NCBI GenBank assembly: GCA_027886825.1
Contig: JAPCJS010000002.1
Span: forward strand, 355 to 64,354
Direction of reading: 5' to 3'
Length of the DNA: 64,000 bases
DNA from: Nitrososphaerota archaeon
GTDB lineage: Archaea > Thermoproteota > Nitrososphaeria > Nitrososphaerales > Gagatemarchaeaceae
Position numbers and translations under genes: made by a program. The notes under the pieces are model-generated. The model was not told the DNA's origin, did no database searches, and saw only the letters and a program-made list of their open reading frames with translations. Within the stretch, counting starts at the first letter, position 1. The number at the start of each line of letters is the position of its first letter. Shown piece by piece: positions 27,042 to 36,443 of this stretch.

Positions 27042-29186
27042 ATGGAAAAGAACGTGACTCTTCGTGTTGCTGAGACGATCTCCAGGCTCGTCGGACGCGG
27101 AATTGCGCTTATCGATCCGAAGATAACCGAACAGCTGGGATTGACCGGCGGCGAGGTCATCGAGATCTCCGGCAAGAAGAAGAAGAGTTACGCACTTCTC
27201 CTGGCCGGGTACCCTGACGACTATGGGCTCGGGCTGATAAGGATCGACGGCTACACACGGAACAACATAGGCGTGGGCCTCGACGACACCGTCACGATAG
27301 CCAGGACCGAGGCACACAGGGCCCAGGAGGTCGTACTGGCCCCGACCGAGCCGTTGAACATCACGGGGCTGGAGGAATATCTCCCCGAGCTTCTCGAGAA
27401 TCGGGTGGTCACCAAGGGCGACTCGGTCCCCGTGAACATCATGGGGAACAAGATAGACTTCCTTGTGGACAGCGCGACGCCGACGGGAGCGGCGGTGATC
27501 GGGGAGGAGACCCGGTTCCGTCTCGGCACGGTTCGCAAGCTTCCGAACACGGGCGTCCCAAGGATAACGTACGAAGATATCGGAGGCCTCACCAACGAGG
27601 TACAGAAGATCCGGGAGATGATAGAGCTCCCGCTCAGGCACCCGGAGATCTTCGAGAGGGTCGGGATAGAGGCACCCAAGGGAGTCCTGCTGTACGGACC
27701 CCCCGGGACGGGGAAGACACTGCTGGCCAAGGCTGTGGCCAACGAGACGAACGCGAACTTCTACTCGATCGGGGGCCCGGAGATAATGAGCAAGTTCTAC
27801 GGGGAGAGCGAGGAGAGACTGAGGCAGATCTTCAAGGAGGCCCAGGAGAACGCGCCCAGCATCATTTTCATCGATGAGATCGACTCGATCGCGCCGAAGA
27901 GGGAGGAGGTCTCCGGCGAGATGGAGAAGAGGATCGTCTCCCAGCTGCTCACCCTGATGGACGGGCTGGAGGCGCGCGGGAAGATAGTCGTCATCGGGGC
28001 CACCAACAGGCCCGACGCGCTGGACCCGGCGCTGCGACGCCCGGGACGGTTCGACAGGGAGATCGAGATCGGCATCCCCGACGAGAAGAGCCGGCTCGAC
28101 ATCCTGCACATACACACGAGAGGCATGCCGCTCGAGCCCGACGTGAAGCTCGAGGAGATAGCGAGGGTCACGCACGGGTTCGTGGGTGCGGACCTCCAGG
28201 CGCTCGCGAAGGAGGCCGCGATACTGGCGGTGAGGAGGGTGCTCCCGGAGATTAACATGGAGCAGAACAAGGTCCCCGCCAAGACTCTCAACAAGATCAA
28301 GGTGAGGATGCAGGACTTCCAGGACGCCCTGAGGGACGTGCAGCCCTCGGCCATGCGGGAGGTCCTGGTGCAGGTGCCCAACGTCAAGTGGGAGGACATC
28401 GGAGGCCTCACAGGGGTCAAGGAGGAGCTGACCGAGGCGGTCGAGTGGCCCCTCAAGTACGCCAAGCTCTTCGAGAAGGGAGACGTCAGACCCCCGACCG
28501 GGATCCTCCTCTACGGTCCTCCGGGGACCGGGAAGACCCTGATAGCCAAGGCGGTGGCCAACGAGAGCGAGGCGAACTTCATCAGCATCAAGGGTCCCGA
28601 GCTGATCTCAAAGTGGGTGGGTGAGTCCGAGAAGGGCGTGCGCGAGGTGTTCAGGAAGGCGCGCGCAGCCGCACCCTGCGTGATCTTCTTCGACGAGATC
28701 GACGCCATCGCCCCGCGCCGCAAGTCCGGAGACAACGACAGCCAGGTGACCGAGCGGGTCGTGAGCCAGCTCCTGACCGAGATGGACGGGCTCGAGGAGC
28801 TGAAGGGCGTCGTCGTACTCGGTGCAACGAACAGGGCGGACATCATAGATGAGGCGCTCCTGCGGCCCGGCAGGTTCGACAGGATACTGCAGGTCCCGCC
28901 CCCGGACAAGGAGGGCAGGATACAGATCCTCAAGATACACACGAAGAAGAAGCCGCTCGCGAAGGACGTCGACCTGGTCAAGCTCGCCGACATGACGGAG
29001 GGCTACACCGGTGCGGACCTCGCAGCTGTCGCGAACGCCGCTGTTTTAGGCGCGATCAAGCAGTACGTGAAGGTGAACGGGAAGGCGTCGTCGGAAGGGG
29101 AGACGGCCGGCCTCACGGTGACCATGAAGGACTTTGAAGACGCGATCGAGAAGCTCAAGCGCAAAAAGTCGGGAGACTTTGCCTGA
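27042..29186 (+). CDS. cdc48: CDC48/VCP-type AAA+ ATPase
   Basis: N-domain plus two AAA modules, each with GPPGTGKT and DEID Walker motifs. Second region of homology is present. Confidence 0.95.
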   Translation: MEKNVTLRVAETISRLVGRGIALIDPKITEQLGLTGGEVIEISGKKKKSYALLLAGYPDDYGLGLIRIDGYTRNNIGVGLDDTVTIARTEAHRAQEVVLAPTEPLNITGLEEYLPELLENRVVTKGDSVPVNIMGNKIDFLVDSATPTGAAVIGEETRFRLGTVRKLPNTGVPRITYEDIGGLTNEVQKIREMIELPLRHPEIFERVGIEAPKGVLLYGPPGTGKTLLAKAVANETNANFYSIGGPEIMSKFYGESEERLRQIFKEAQENAPSIIFIDEIDSIAPKREEVSGEMEKRIVSQLLTLMDGLEARGKIVVIGATNRPDALDPALRRPGRFDREIEIGIPDEKSRLDILHIHTRGMPLEPDVKLEEIARVTHGFVGADLQALAKEAAILAVRRVLPEINMEQNKVPAKTLNKIKVRMQDFQDALRDVQPSAMREVLVQVPNVKWEDIGGLTGVKEELTEAVEWPLKYAKLFEKGDVRPPTGILLYGPPGTGKTLIAKAVANESEANFISIKGPELISKWVGESEKGVREVFRKARAAAPCVIFFDEIDAIAPRRKSGDNDSQVTERVVSQLLTEMDGLEELKGVVVLGATNRADIIDEALLRPGRFDRILQVPPPDKEGRIQILKIHTKKKPLAKDVDLVKLADMTEGYTGADLAAVANAAVLGAIKQYVKVNGKASSEGETAGLTVTMKDFEDAIEKLKRKKSGDFA

Positions 29187-29199
29187 TGAGGGAGGAAGG

Positions 29200-29685
29200 T
29201 CAGGGCTTTTCTGAGGACCGCTGCGCGAGGGAAGAGAGCCTCTCCGCGAGCTCCTTCATCTTCTGCGAGTAGGCCGCGGTCTTGGCGCTGTCGGTCTTGC
29301 TCGTCTCCTCGAGGTAGGAGACGAAGCCGCTGATCTCGTTGACCATCTCGTCGATGGATGGCCGCTTCCTGAACGAGGGGCCGAAGGACCACTCCATCTC
29401 CTCGCTCGCCTTCTCAGTGAGCTCGTACCTTCCATCGTCCCTCTTCCTGATCATCCCTTCGCTAGTCAGCTGCTCGAGGAGCGGGTAGACCGAGCCGGGA
29501 GAAGGCCTCCACCAGCCCTGGGTCATCTTCTCCATCTCGTCCATCAGCTCCACGCCGTTCTTGGGCGAGCTCGAGAGCATCGAGACGACCGCCATTCGGA
29601 GCCCGCGCTTCCTGTGCATCATCCATCGGAAAGGCCACATCTCGCTTGCGTGAATATCGAAATACCGACTTTTTATCTGTTTCAC
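29200..29685 (-). CDS. PadR-family transcriptional regulator
   Basis: NGVELMDEMEKMTQGWWRPSPGSVYPLLEQLTSEGMI is a typical PadR wHTH. The start may be one of the downstream Met codons. Confidence 0.85.
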   Translation of the reverse strand: MKQIKSRYFDIHASEMWPFRWMMHRKRGLRMAVVSMLSSSPKNGVELMDEMEKMTQGWWRPSPGSVYPLLEQLTSEGMIRKRDDGRYELTEKASEEMEWSFGPSFRKRPSIDEMVNEISGFVSYLEETSKTDSAKTAAYSQKMKELAERLSSLAQRSSEKP

Positions 29686-29686
29686 G

Positions 29687-29712
29687 AAAATCGGTTATCC
29701 GATATCGGTTTT
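29687..29712. promoter_or_regulatory. candidate operator in the PadR/SHOCT divergent region
   Basis: aaaATCGGttatCCGATATCGGtttt: overlapping inverted repeats, including the perfect 10-bp palindrome CCGATATCGG. Confidence 0.3.
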
Positions 29713-29764
29713 CCAATATAGTTAATAACCTCTTTGAGGAGCCTGAAGACCGGAAAATGAAAGA

Positions 29765-30166
29765 ATGACAAGCGAAGAGAGCTCGATCCTGAGCATCGGT
29801 CCCCGGAGAAGAGGCTTCGTGAGATGGATATTCGGCGGAGTCCTGATCCTGCTGCTCATAGGCATCTTTGTGGTACCCTTGATCTTCTTCAGGGGGCTCG
29901 CGCGAGGCTATCCCGTACCGGGCCCGTACGGCTATGCAGGTCCGTACTTCTTCCTCCCGTTCGGCTTCCTGTTCTTCATCCTGATCGCGTTCTTCGTCGT
30001 CCGCTCGCTCTTCTGGGGATGGGGATGGAGACGCGGCGGCGGCTACCGTGGCAACTGGGGCTACGGCGAGGACGCCAAGGAGATACTGAAGCGCAGGTAT
30101 GCCCGCGGCGAGATAACCAAGGAACAGTTCGACCAGATGAAGAAGGACATAGACGAGCAGACCTAG
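29765..30166 (+). CDS. membrane protein with C-terminal SHOCT domain
   Basis: Two TM helices, a Gly/Arg/Trp-rich linker, then AKEILKRRYARGEITKEQFDQMKKDI (SHOCT). Confidence 0.75.
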   Translation: MTSEESSILSIGPRRRGFVRWIFGGVLILLLIGIFVVPLIFFRGLARGYPVPGPYGYAGPYFFLPFGFLFFILIAFFVVRSLFWGWGWRRGGGYRGNWGYGEDAKEILKRRYARGEITKEQFDQMKKDIDEQT

Positions 30167-30231
30167 CCCAGGGGGGCCGCCGGGGGATCATGTGCTAATC
30201 TTATAGCGACCCCGGTGACGAGAGGCCACCC

Positions 30232-31296
30232 TTGAAAGCGATGAGGCTGGAGAGCTACGGCGCTCCGCTTCGGCTCGAGGAGATCGAGAGACCGGAGACG
30301 GGCCGGGGCGTCCTCGTGAGAGTCGAGGCCGCGGGTGTCTGCCACACCGACATTCACATCGTCTCGGGCTCGTACGACCTCGGGGACGGCAACCTGCTCA
30401 GGATGGCCGAGAGGGGCATACAGCTTCCGATCACTCCGGGCCACGAGATGGCGGGAAGGCTGGCCGACCTGGGCGGCTTCACCGAGGCCTCTCTCAGGGA
30501 GGGAGATCCTGTTGTCGTCTACCCCTGGCTGGGCTGCGGGACGTGCAGGAAGTGCACCGCCGGGTACGAGAACCTCTGCGAGGGCAAGCCGGCCAGCCTC
30601 GGCATCTTCCGCGACGGAGGTTACGCCGAGTATGTCTGGGTCCCTCACCCGCGCTACCTCGTCCCGAGGGGCAACCTGGAGGTCGCACGCTCCGCTCCTC
30701 TGGCGTGCTCGGGCCTGACCTCGTTCAGCGCTCTCAAGAAGTGTGCCCTGAACGGCGACGACCTGCTGGTCATAGTGGGAGCGGGCGGTCTCGGGACCAT
30801 CGCAGTGCAGCTGGCGAAGAGGACGACCGGTGCGAAGGTGCTCGTCCTGGACGTGAGCCCCTCGAAGCTCGAGCTCGCCTCGGAGCTCGGTGCGGATCAG
30901 ACGATCGATACCTCGGGGCGCGCGCGGAGAGACGTGATCTCAGAGATAAAGCAGGCGAACGGCGGAAGAGGTGCTGATGCGGTCCTCGACTTTGTCGGTA
31001 ACCCCTCCACGAGCACGATGGGATTCGAGATGCTGACCAAGCAGGGACGGCTCGTGCTGGTGGGGCTCTTCGGCGGCGCTGCCTCGTTCCCCCTGCCCCT
31101 CTTCCCCCTGAGGGGGGCGCAGATCCTCGGGAGCTTCACCGGAACACTCACCGAGCTCTCTGAGCTCGTCGGGGTGGCAGCGACAGGCGCCGTGACGACC
31201 TTCGTCTCTGCAGAGTACCCGCTCGAGGATGCGAACGATGTCCTGCGGAGGCTGGAGAGGGGCGAGGTGATGGGCAGAGCAGTCCTGAGGCCCTAG
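30232..31296 (+). CDS. zinc-dependent alcohol dehydrogenase (MDR family)
   Basis: GVCHTDIH catalytic zinc motif, structural-zinc Cys cluster (CGTCRKCTAGYENLC), and GAGGLG Rossmann motif. Confidence 0.9.
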   Translation: MKAMRLESYGAPLRLEEIERPETGRGVLVRVEAAGVCHTDIHIVSGSYDLGDGNLLRMAERGIQLPITPGHEMAGRLADLGGFTEASLREGDPVVVYPWLGCGTCRKCTAGYENLCEGKPASLGIFRDGGYAEYVWVPHPRYLVPRGNLEVARSAPLACSGLTSFSALKKCALNGDDLLVIVGAGGLGTIAVQLAKRTTGAKVLVLDVSPSKLELASELGADQTIDTSGRARRDVISEIKQANGGRGADAVLDFVGNPSTSTMGFEMLTKQGRLVLVGLFGGAASFPLPLFPLRGAQILGSFTGTLTELSELVGVAATGAVTTFVSAEYPLEDANDVLRRLERGEVMGRAVLRP

Positions 31297-31342
31297 AGCT
31301 CGGGCGGTGGAGTGGTTTGGGGTAGTTAGGTCCTCGGGGTCC

Positions 31343-31576
31343 TTAGCTTCCGGTGACGATGATCGTGTTGGTGGCCAGGACGTTCTTCAGCTTTCGCATG
31401 TCGGAGTTCACCGTCTCCTTGAGCTCCTCCATGCTGCTCACCTGGACCTCCGCGACTATGTCGTAGACCCCGTAGACCTCGTAGACGCGGTCGACGTACC
31501 TGAAGGTCTTGAGCTCGCTGACCACTTCTCTGTCGGTGCCCACTTTGACGTTTATCATGACGAATGCTTTCGGCAT
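31343..31576 (-). CDS. stand-alone Lrp/AsnC-type ligand-binding (RAM) domain protein
   Basis: MPKAFVMINVKVGTDREVVSELK...VYEVYGVYDIVAEV pattern, with no HTH. Confidence 0.7.
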   Translation of the reverse strand: MPKAFVMINVKVGTDREVVSELKTFRYVDRVYEVYGVYDIVAEVQVSSMEELKETVNSDMRKLKNVLATNTIIVTGS

Positions 31577-31625
31577 TTGCGGCTTCGGACCCACCGGGAG
31601 TCACGCTCCCATGCTATATACGGTT

Positions 31626-33164
31626 CTAGCCACCCGCCTTCTCCAGCTCGGTCGGAAGTCCAGTACCGTCGGTGGACGCGGCCGGCCCGGGCTCTCCACC
31701 GGAGCCATTCCTCTTCGCACGGACGAGAGAGCTGAAGACACCGATCGCGCAGAGCAAGGCGGCGAGGAGGAACGCAGCGTGCATCCCCGTGATGAAAAGC
31801 TGCGTGGTGGCCCCCGAGGCGACCGACCCTCCGCTGAGCGCCGCGAAGGCACCCGAGGGCATGCTGGCCGCGACGACCCCTCCCAGGACAGTCACCCCGA
31901 CGGACTGTCCGATCGCCCTCACCGTCCCCAGCGTCCCGGAAGCCAGCCCTATCTGTTCGCGCGGGACAGAGCTCATCACGGAGTTGGAGTTGGGAGAGGA
32001 AAAGAGCGCGTGCCCGAACCCGATGAGCATGAGCGGCAGCCAGATCGACTCGCTCGACGAAGAGACCCCCAGGAAGGAGAGCGAGACGAATGCGATGACC
32101 TTGGCCAGCATGCCGATCGCGCTCAGGATGCCCGGGCTGATCCTGTCGGAGAGCGATCCCGCGACGGGGGCCGTCAGGACCATGATGGCGGGCTGCGCTA
32201 GGAGTATCAGGCCCGCCGCCACGGGCGAGTATCCCAGTACGTCTTGCAGGTACAGCGAGAGCACCAGCACCGCTCCCGAAGCGGTGGTGTAGTTCATCAG
32301 CGCCGTCACGTTGCCCGCTGCGAAGACCCTGTTCTGGGTGAAGAGTCGCAGGTCGATCAGGGGAGCTATGCCCTCTCTCCTCTCGAGAAACACGAAGCTG
32401 ACGAACGAGGCGAAGCAGGCGAGCACAAGCGAGGTCAGCTCCCACCGATTGATCTCCAGCCCGCTGAGCGCCAGCAGAAGCGTGACGAGGAAAGAAGTTA
32501 GCGTGATGGCCCCCGGGAAGTCGAACAGGGCGCTCGTCCGAGGTATCTTCTCGCTTCTGAGATAGACGAACGACAGGAGGACGGTCGCGACCCCGATCGG
32601 CACGTTGACGTAGAAGATCGACCGCCAGCCTAGGAGCTGGACAAGCACCCCTCCGACCGCCGGTCCAGCGGTCAGACCCGCGTAGGCGGCCGAGAGGGTG
32701 ATCCCGAGGATCCTGCCGCGCTCCGCCAGGGGGAACTCCCTGGCCACCAGGGCTCCGGAGATCGCGCTCATCACCGCCGAGCCCACCCCCTGGACGATCC
32801 TAAAGGCGATCATCTGGCCCACTCCCCCCGAGAGGCCGGCGAGGAAGGAGCCGCTGGTGAAGACGACGAGACCGAGGATGAAGACCTCCTTCATGCCGCG
32901 CCGGTCTCCGAGCCTGCCGAAGGTCGTCTGCAGGGATGCGATGACGACCAGGTAGGCGGTCGTGATGAGTATTATGTCGGAGAACGTGGCATCGAAGGCC
33001 TTGGCGATCGATGGGAGCGCGAGGTTGACGACGTTGCTGTCGAACGTCGCCATGAACGACGCGATAGAGGCGATGAGGAGTACCATCCATCTGTTCGAGG
33101 TTATTCCGAAGACCCGAATCAGGGCTCGATATATTGATTGAGCCGGATGAGGGGATGGGCGCAA
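31626..33164 (-). CDS. MFS transporter, DHA2/EmrB-like (14 TM)
   Basis: FMATFDSNVVNLALPSI and GRLGDRRGMK motifs. About 14 helices. Confidence 0.85.
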   Translation of the reverse strand: MRPSPHPAQSIYRALIRVFGITSNRWMVLLIASIASFMATFDSNVVNLALPSIAKAFDATFSDIILITTAYLVVIASLQTTFGRLGDRRGMKEVFILGLVVFTSGSFLAGLSGGVGQMIAFRIVQGVGSAVMSAISGALVAREFPLAERGRILGITLSAAYAGLTAGPAVGGVLVQLLGWRSIFYVNVPIGVATVLLSFVYLRSEKIPRTSALFDFPGAITLTSFLVTLLLALSGLEINRWELTSLVLACFASFVSFVFLERREGIAPLIDLRLFTQNRVFAAGNVTALMNYTTASGAVLVLSLYLQDVLGYSPVAAGLILLAQPAIMVLTAPVAGSLSDRISPGILSAIGMLAKVIAFVSLSFLGVSSSSESIWLPLMLIGFGHALFSSPNSNSVMSSVPREQIGLASGTLGTVRAIGQSVGVTVLGGVVAASMPSGAFAALSGGSVASGATTQLFITGMHAAFLLAALLCAIGVFSSLVRAKRNGSGGEPGPAASTDGTGLPTELEKAGG

Positions 33165-33204
33165 AGACTCTTACAGAGGCCCGTCACACCAGGCAAAGGG
33201 AGAG

Positions 33205-34473
33205 ATGGAAGAGGTGAGCGACGAAGACCCCTATGACAACGCTCTCGCCCAGCTCGCATCGGTCGCGGAGATCGTCCAGGTCGAGCCGGAGTACCTGGAG
33301 ATCCTGAAGCATCCCAGGAGGGAGATCGTCGTCTATCTCTCGCTCAAGCGCCTGAGCGGCGAGACCGTGACGTACATGGGTTACAGGGTCCAGCACAACA
33401 ACGCCAGGGGACCGTACAAGGGCGGCCTCAGGTACCACCCTGATGCAAGGCTGAACGAGGTCAGGGCGCTCGCGATGTGGATGACCTGGAAGACCGCGGT
33501 GATCGACATCCCCTACGGCGGTGCCAAGGGCGGGATAACCATGAACCCGTCCGATCTGGTCACCGACGACCTCGAGCGCCTCACCCGCAAGTACGTGGAC
33601 GCCATAGAGCGCAACATAGGACCCGAGATCGACATCATGGCTCCCGACGTGAACACCAATCCCCAGACGATGGCCTGGATAATGAACGAGTACTCGAAGC
33701 TGACGACGCACCAGGTCCCGGCCGTGGTCACGGGCAAGCCCCTGGAACTGGGAGGCTCCGAGGGAAGGATCGCGGCGACGGGCAGGGGCGTCTCGATCTG
33801 CGCGAGGCAGGCGGTACAGACATTCCTGCACAAGGACATCAAGGACGTCACGGTGGCCGTCCAGGGGTTCGGGAACGTCGGCAGTCACACCGTCTCGACC
33901 CTGATGGAGATGGGGGCAAAGGTGGTCGCCGTGAGCGATGTCACGGGCGGAGCCCTGGCGCGCGGAGGACGGGGCTTCGAGATACCCTTCGACGCGATCA
34001 GCGAGATCGCCCAGAGAGACGGGTCTGTGAGCAGGATCCCGGGGGTCGAGCAGATCTCCAACGAGGAGCTCCTGGAACTGGAGGTCGACGTCCTGATCCC
34101 GGCAGCCCTGGAGAACCAGATAACCGAGAAGAACGCAGGATCGGTCAGGGCCAAGCTTGTGGTGGAGGCGGCCAACGGTCCCACGACCCCTCACGCCGAC
34201 AAGATACTGACGCGAAACGGGATCACGATAGTGCCGGACATACTGGCCAACTCAGGCGGCGTCCTGGTGTCATACTTCGAGTGGGTCCAGAACCTGAACA
34301 GGGACCACTGGACGGAGGAGGCGATCAACGCGAGGCTCGAGTTCAAGATGACAAAGGCGTTCAACGACGTCCTCAGGTACTCGGTCACGAGCGACCTCGA
34401 CATGAGGAAGGCCGCGCTTGCCATAGCGGTGCAGAAGGTCGCCTCGGCGATGCGCCTCGGCGGCTGGCACTGA
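33205..34473 (+). CDS. gdhA: glutamate dehydrogenase
   Basis: PYKGGLRYHP, the GGAKGG catalytic Lys region, and the GFGNVG dinucleotide motif. Confidence 0.95.
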   Translation: MEEVSDEDPYDNALAQLASVAEIVQVEPEYLEILKHPRREIVVYLSLKRLSGETVTYMGYRVQHNNARGPYKGGLRYHPDARLNEVRALAMWMTWKTAVIDIPYGGAKGGITMNPSDLVTDDLERLTRKYVDAIERNIGPEIDIMAPDVNTNPQTMAWIMNEYSKLTTHQVPAVVTGKPLELGGSEGRIAATGRGVSICARQAVQTFLHKDIKDVTVAVQGFGNVGSHTVSTLMEMGAKVVAVSDVTGGALARGGRGFEIPFDAISEIAQRDGSVSRIPGVEQISNEELLELEVDVLIPAALENQITEKNAGSVRAKLVVEAANGPTTPHADKILTRNGITIVPDILANSGGVLVSYFEWVQNLNRDHWTEEAINARLEFKMTKAFNDVLRYSVTSDLDMRKAALAIAVQKVASAMRLGGWH

Positions 34474-34690
34474 GCCATTCGCCGGGCCAGTACCGCCTTC
34501 GGGAAGGAGTACCTCGACAGTTCTGCGGCGCGTTCTGGAGCGGAGCCCGGCCCTGACCGGCTGCTTTCGAACCATCACGGGCCCGAGGCAGGTCTGCGCG
34601 TCGTGGCCACGCCGCAGAGAGTTTCTGTGAGGTTGTCCTAGGCGCCGCGCAAGAGCTAAAACCCGCTGGGAGGCGTTTCTATCGAACTGT

Positions 34691-35512
34691 TTGACAGACG
34701 GTATTCACACCAGGAGGTACATCGTAGAGCCAGGAGGCAAGCTCAGGCTGGAAGACAGGGACCCGGCAGATACATCCGGTTTCGACGGAGGCGAGGACTA
34801 TGCCCTCGATCTCTCGAAGCAGCTGGACCAGAGGCTCGACCGGCTGCAGGAGAAGCTCTACGCGGAGCACAAGCACAAGGTGCTGATCGTGCTGCAGGCG
34901 ATGGACACCGGCGGCAAGGACGGGACGATCCGGCGCATATTCGACGGCGTCAACCCTTCGGGGGTACGCGTCGCCCACTTCAAGGAGCCGACGCAGCAGG
35001 AACTTGATCACGATTTTCTCTGGAGGGCGCATGCCCAGGTTCCCGCGACGGGGGAGATCGTGATCTTCAACCGGAGCCACTACGAGGGAGTGCTGGTCGA
35101 GCGCGTCCACGGTCTCGTCTCGAAGGACGTCTGGAAGCGGCGATACAGGCAGATCAAGGACTTTGAGAGGCTGCTCTCCGAGGAGGACACGACCATACTG
35201 AAGTTCTTCCTCCACATCAGCAAGGAAGAGCAGAAGCGAAGGCTGCAGGAGCGGCTCTCCGACCCCGGCAAGCAGTGGAAGTTCAACATCGACGACCTCG
35301 CCGAGAGAAAACTGTGGCCGCAGTACATGAAGGCCTACCAGCAGGCGCTGGAGAGCACCAGCACCAAACATGCGCCGTGGTACGTCATCCCGGCGGACAA
35401 GAACTGGATCAGGGATCTGCTCGTCTCGGAGATCATCGTCGGTGCGCTCGAGGAGCTCCACATGGAGTACCCTCCCCTCGCGCCGGAGCTAAAGTCCACG
35501 GTGATACGGTGA
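34691..35512 (+). CDS. ppk2: polyphosphate kinase 2 family protein
   Basis: Walker A-like QAMDTGGKDGTI, FNRSHYE, and FLHISKEEQKRRL lid blocks. TTG start. Confidence 0.9.
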   Translation: MTDGIHTRRYIVEPGGKLRLEDRDPADTSGFDGGEDYALDLSKQLDQRLDRLQEKLYAEHKHKVLIVLQAMDTGGKDGTIRRIFDGVNPSGVRVAHFKEPTQQELDHDFLWRAHAQVPATGEIVIFNRSHYEGVLVERVHGLVSKDVWKRRYRQIKDFERLLSEEDTTILKFFLHISKEEQKRRLQERLSDPGKQWKFNIDDLAERKLWPQYMKAYQQALESTSTKHAPWYVIPADKNWIRDLLVSEIIVGALEELHMEYPPLAPELKSTVIR

Positions 35513-35554
35513 GGAGAGGGGCGTGGGACGCCTGCGGCGGAGGGTTCGGCTTCA

Positions 35555-36154
35555 TTGAACTATGACAACAGGTCGATCTCCTTTGGATCCGTCCATCTCG
35601 GCTACCGCGTCGAGGGCGAGGGCGCCAGGAAGATAGTGCTCCTGCACGGCCTCAACTCCCACTCGGGGACGTGGAGGAAGAACATCTCGGCGCTGGCGCG
35701 GGACTCCACCGTCGTAGCCCCGAGCCTGCCCCCGAACAGGAGCGGGGAGGCCACCTCAGAGCTCGCAGGACTGTATGCGGACCATGTCTCCGCCGTCTGC
35801 GCGGACGCGGGGATAGAGGGGGCGGCGGTGGTGGGGAACTCGATGGGAGGCTGGGTCGCGATGCGGCTCCTCTCGGTTCACAGGGAGCTCGTCTCCCGCG
35901 TCGTGCTGGAAGACACGGCGGGGTCGGGCTCCGACGACGTACGGGTGCTCGAGGCCTCCGCCATCCCCGTGCTGATAGTATGGGGCGGGTCGGACCTGTT
36001 GCTCCCTGTCAGCGCGGGATTGGAGCTGCATTCGAGGCTGTCCGGGAGCGAGCTGCGCGTCATACCGAACGCCGGTCACGTCCCACACTGGGAGACGCCG
36101 GAAGAGTTCAACGGCGCCGTCGGGACGTTCCTTCGCCAAAGGGTCGTTCGCTAG
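35555..36154 (+). CDS. alpha/beta hydrolase
   Basis: LLHGLNSH, nucleophile elbow GNSMGG, and a C-terminal GHVPHWE His motif. Confidence 0.8.
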   Translation: MNYDNRSISFGSVHLGYRVEGEGARKIVLLHGLNSHSGTWRKNISALARDSTVVAPSLPPNRSGEATSELAGLYADHVSAVCADAGIEGAAVVGNSMGGWVAMRLLSVHRELVSRVVLEDTAGSGSDDVRVLEASAIPVLIVWGGSDLLLPVSAGLELHSRLSGSELRVIPNAGHVPHWETPEEFNGAVGTFLRQRVVR

Positions 36155-36159
36155 TTCGT

Positions 36160-36357
36160 TCAGGCGTCGATCTCATTTATCGCGACCCACTCCTTCAGCG
36201 GACCCTCGACAGACCGCAGCTGGAAGATGGTGACCTCGTCGTACTCTCCGGTCTGCTCGAGAAAGTCCCTGATGTTGATCGCGCCCTGGAACGAGCTCTG
36301 CTCGAACCTGTTGAGCTTGGAGCTGCCCTTTGCTACCACGAGAAGAGGCTGACTCAT
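36160..36357 (-). CDS. hypothetical small protein downstream of the antiporter
   Basis: 65-aa ORF with host-like codon usage. No motif recognised. Confidence 0.35.
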   Translation of the reverse strand: MSQPLLVVAKGSSKLNRFEQSSFQGAINIRDFLEQTGEYDEVTIFQLRSVEGPLKEWVAINEIDA

Positions 36358-36443
36358 AGGCTCTTGCTGATATTCCTATTATATATAATTCGTTGAGCGA
36401 TTTATTCCTGGGTGCATCACACTCCGCCCGGAGCGCACCTAGG

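Noticed and set aside
27033-28175. 380-aa minus-strand ORF antisense to cdc48. Similar long antisense ORFs occur at 9527-10549, 31555-32445, 33184-34194, 36439-37740, 45367-46338, 52757-53707 and 54371-55525.
   Set aside because: Each lies opposite a gene with unmistakable family motifs. Their translations are Arg/Gly/Pro/Asp-rich with no motifs, which is the usual stop-poor antisense frame of high-GC DNA.
29184-29213. TGATGA ... CTGA spacing after cdc48, considered as a C/D-box sRNA. Also CTGATGA at 42962.
   Set aside because: The box spacing of about 25 nt is too short for a C/D sRNA. No C-prime/D-prime boxes or terminal stem are present. The first site overlaps the cdc48 stop and the PadR 3-prime end.
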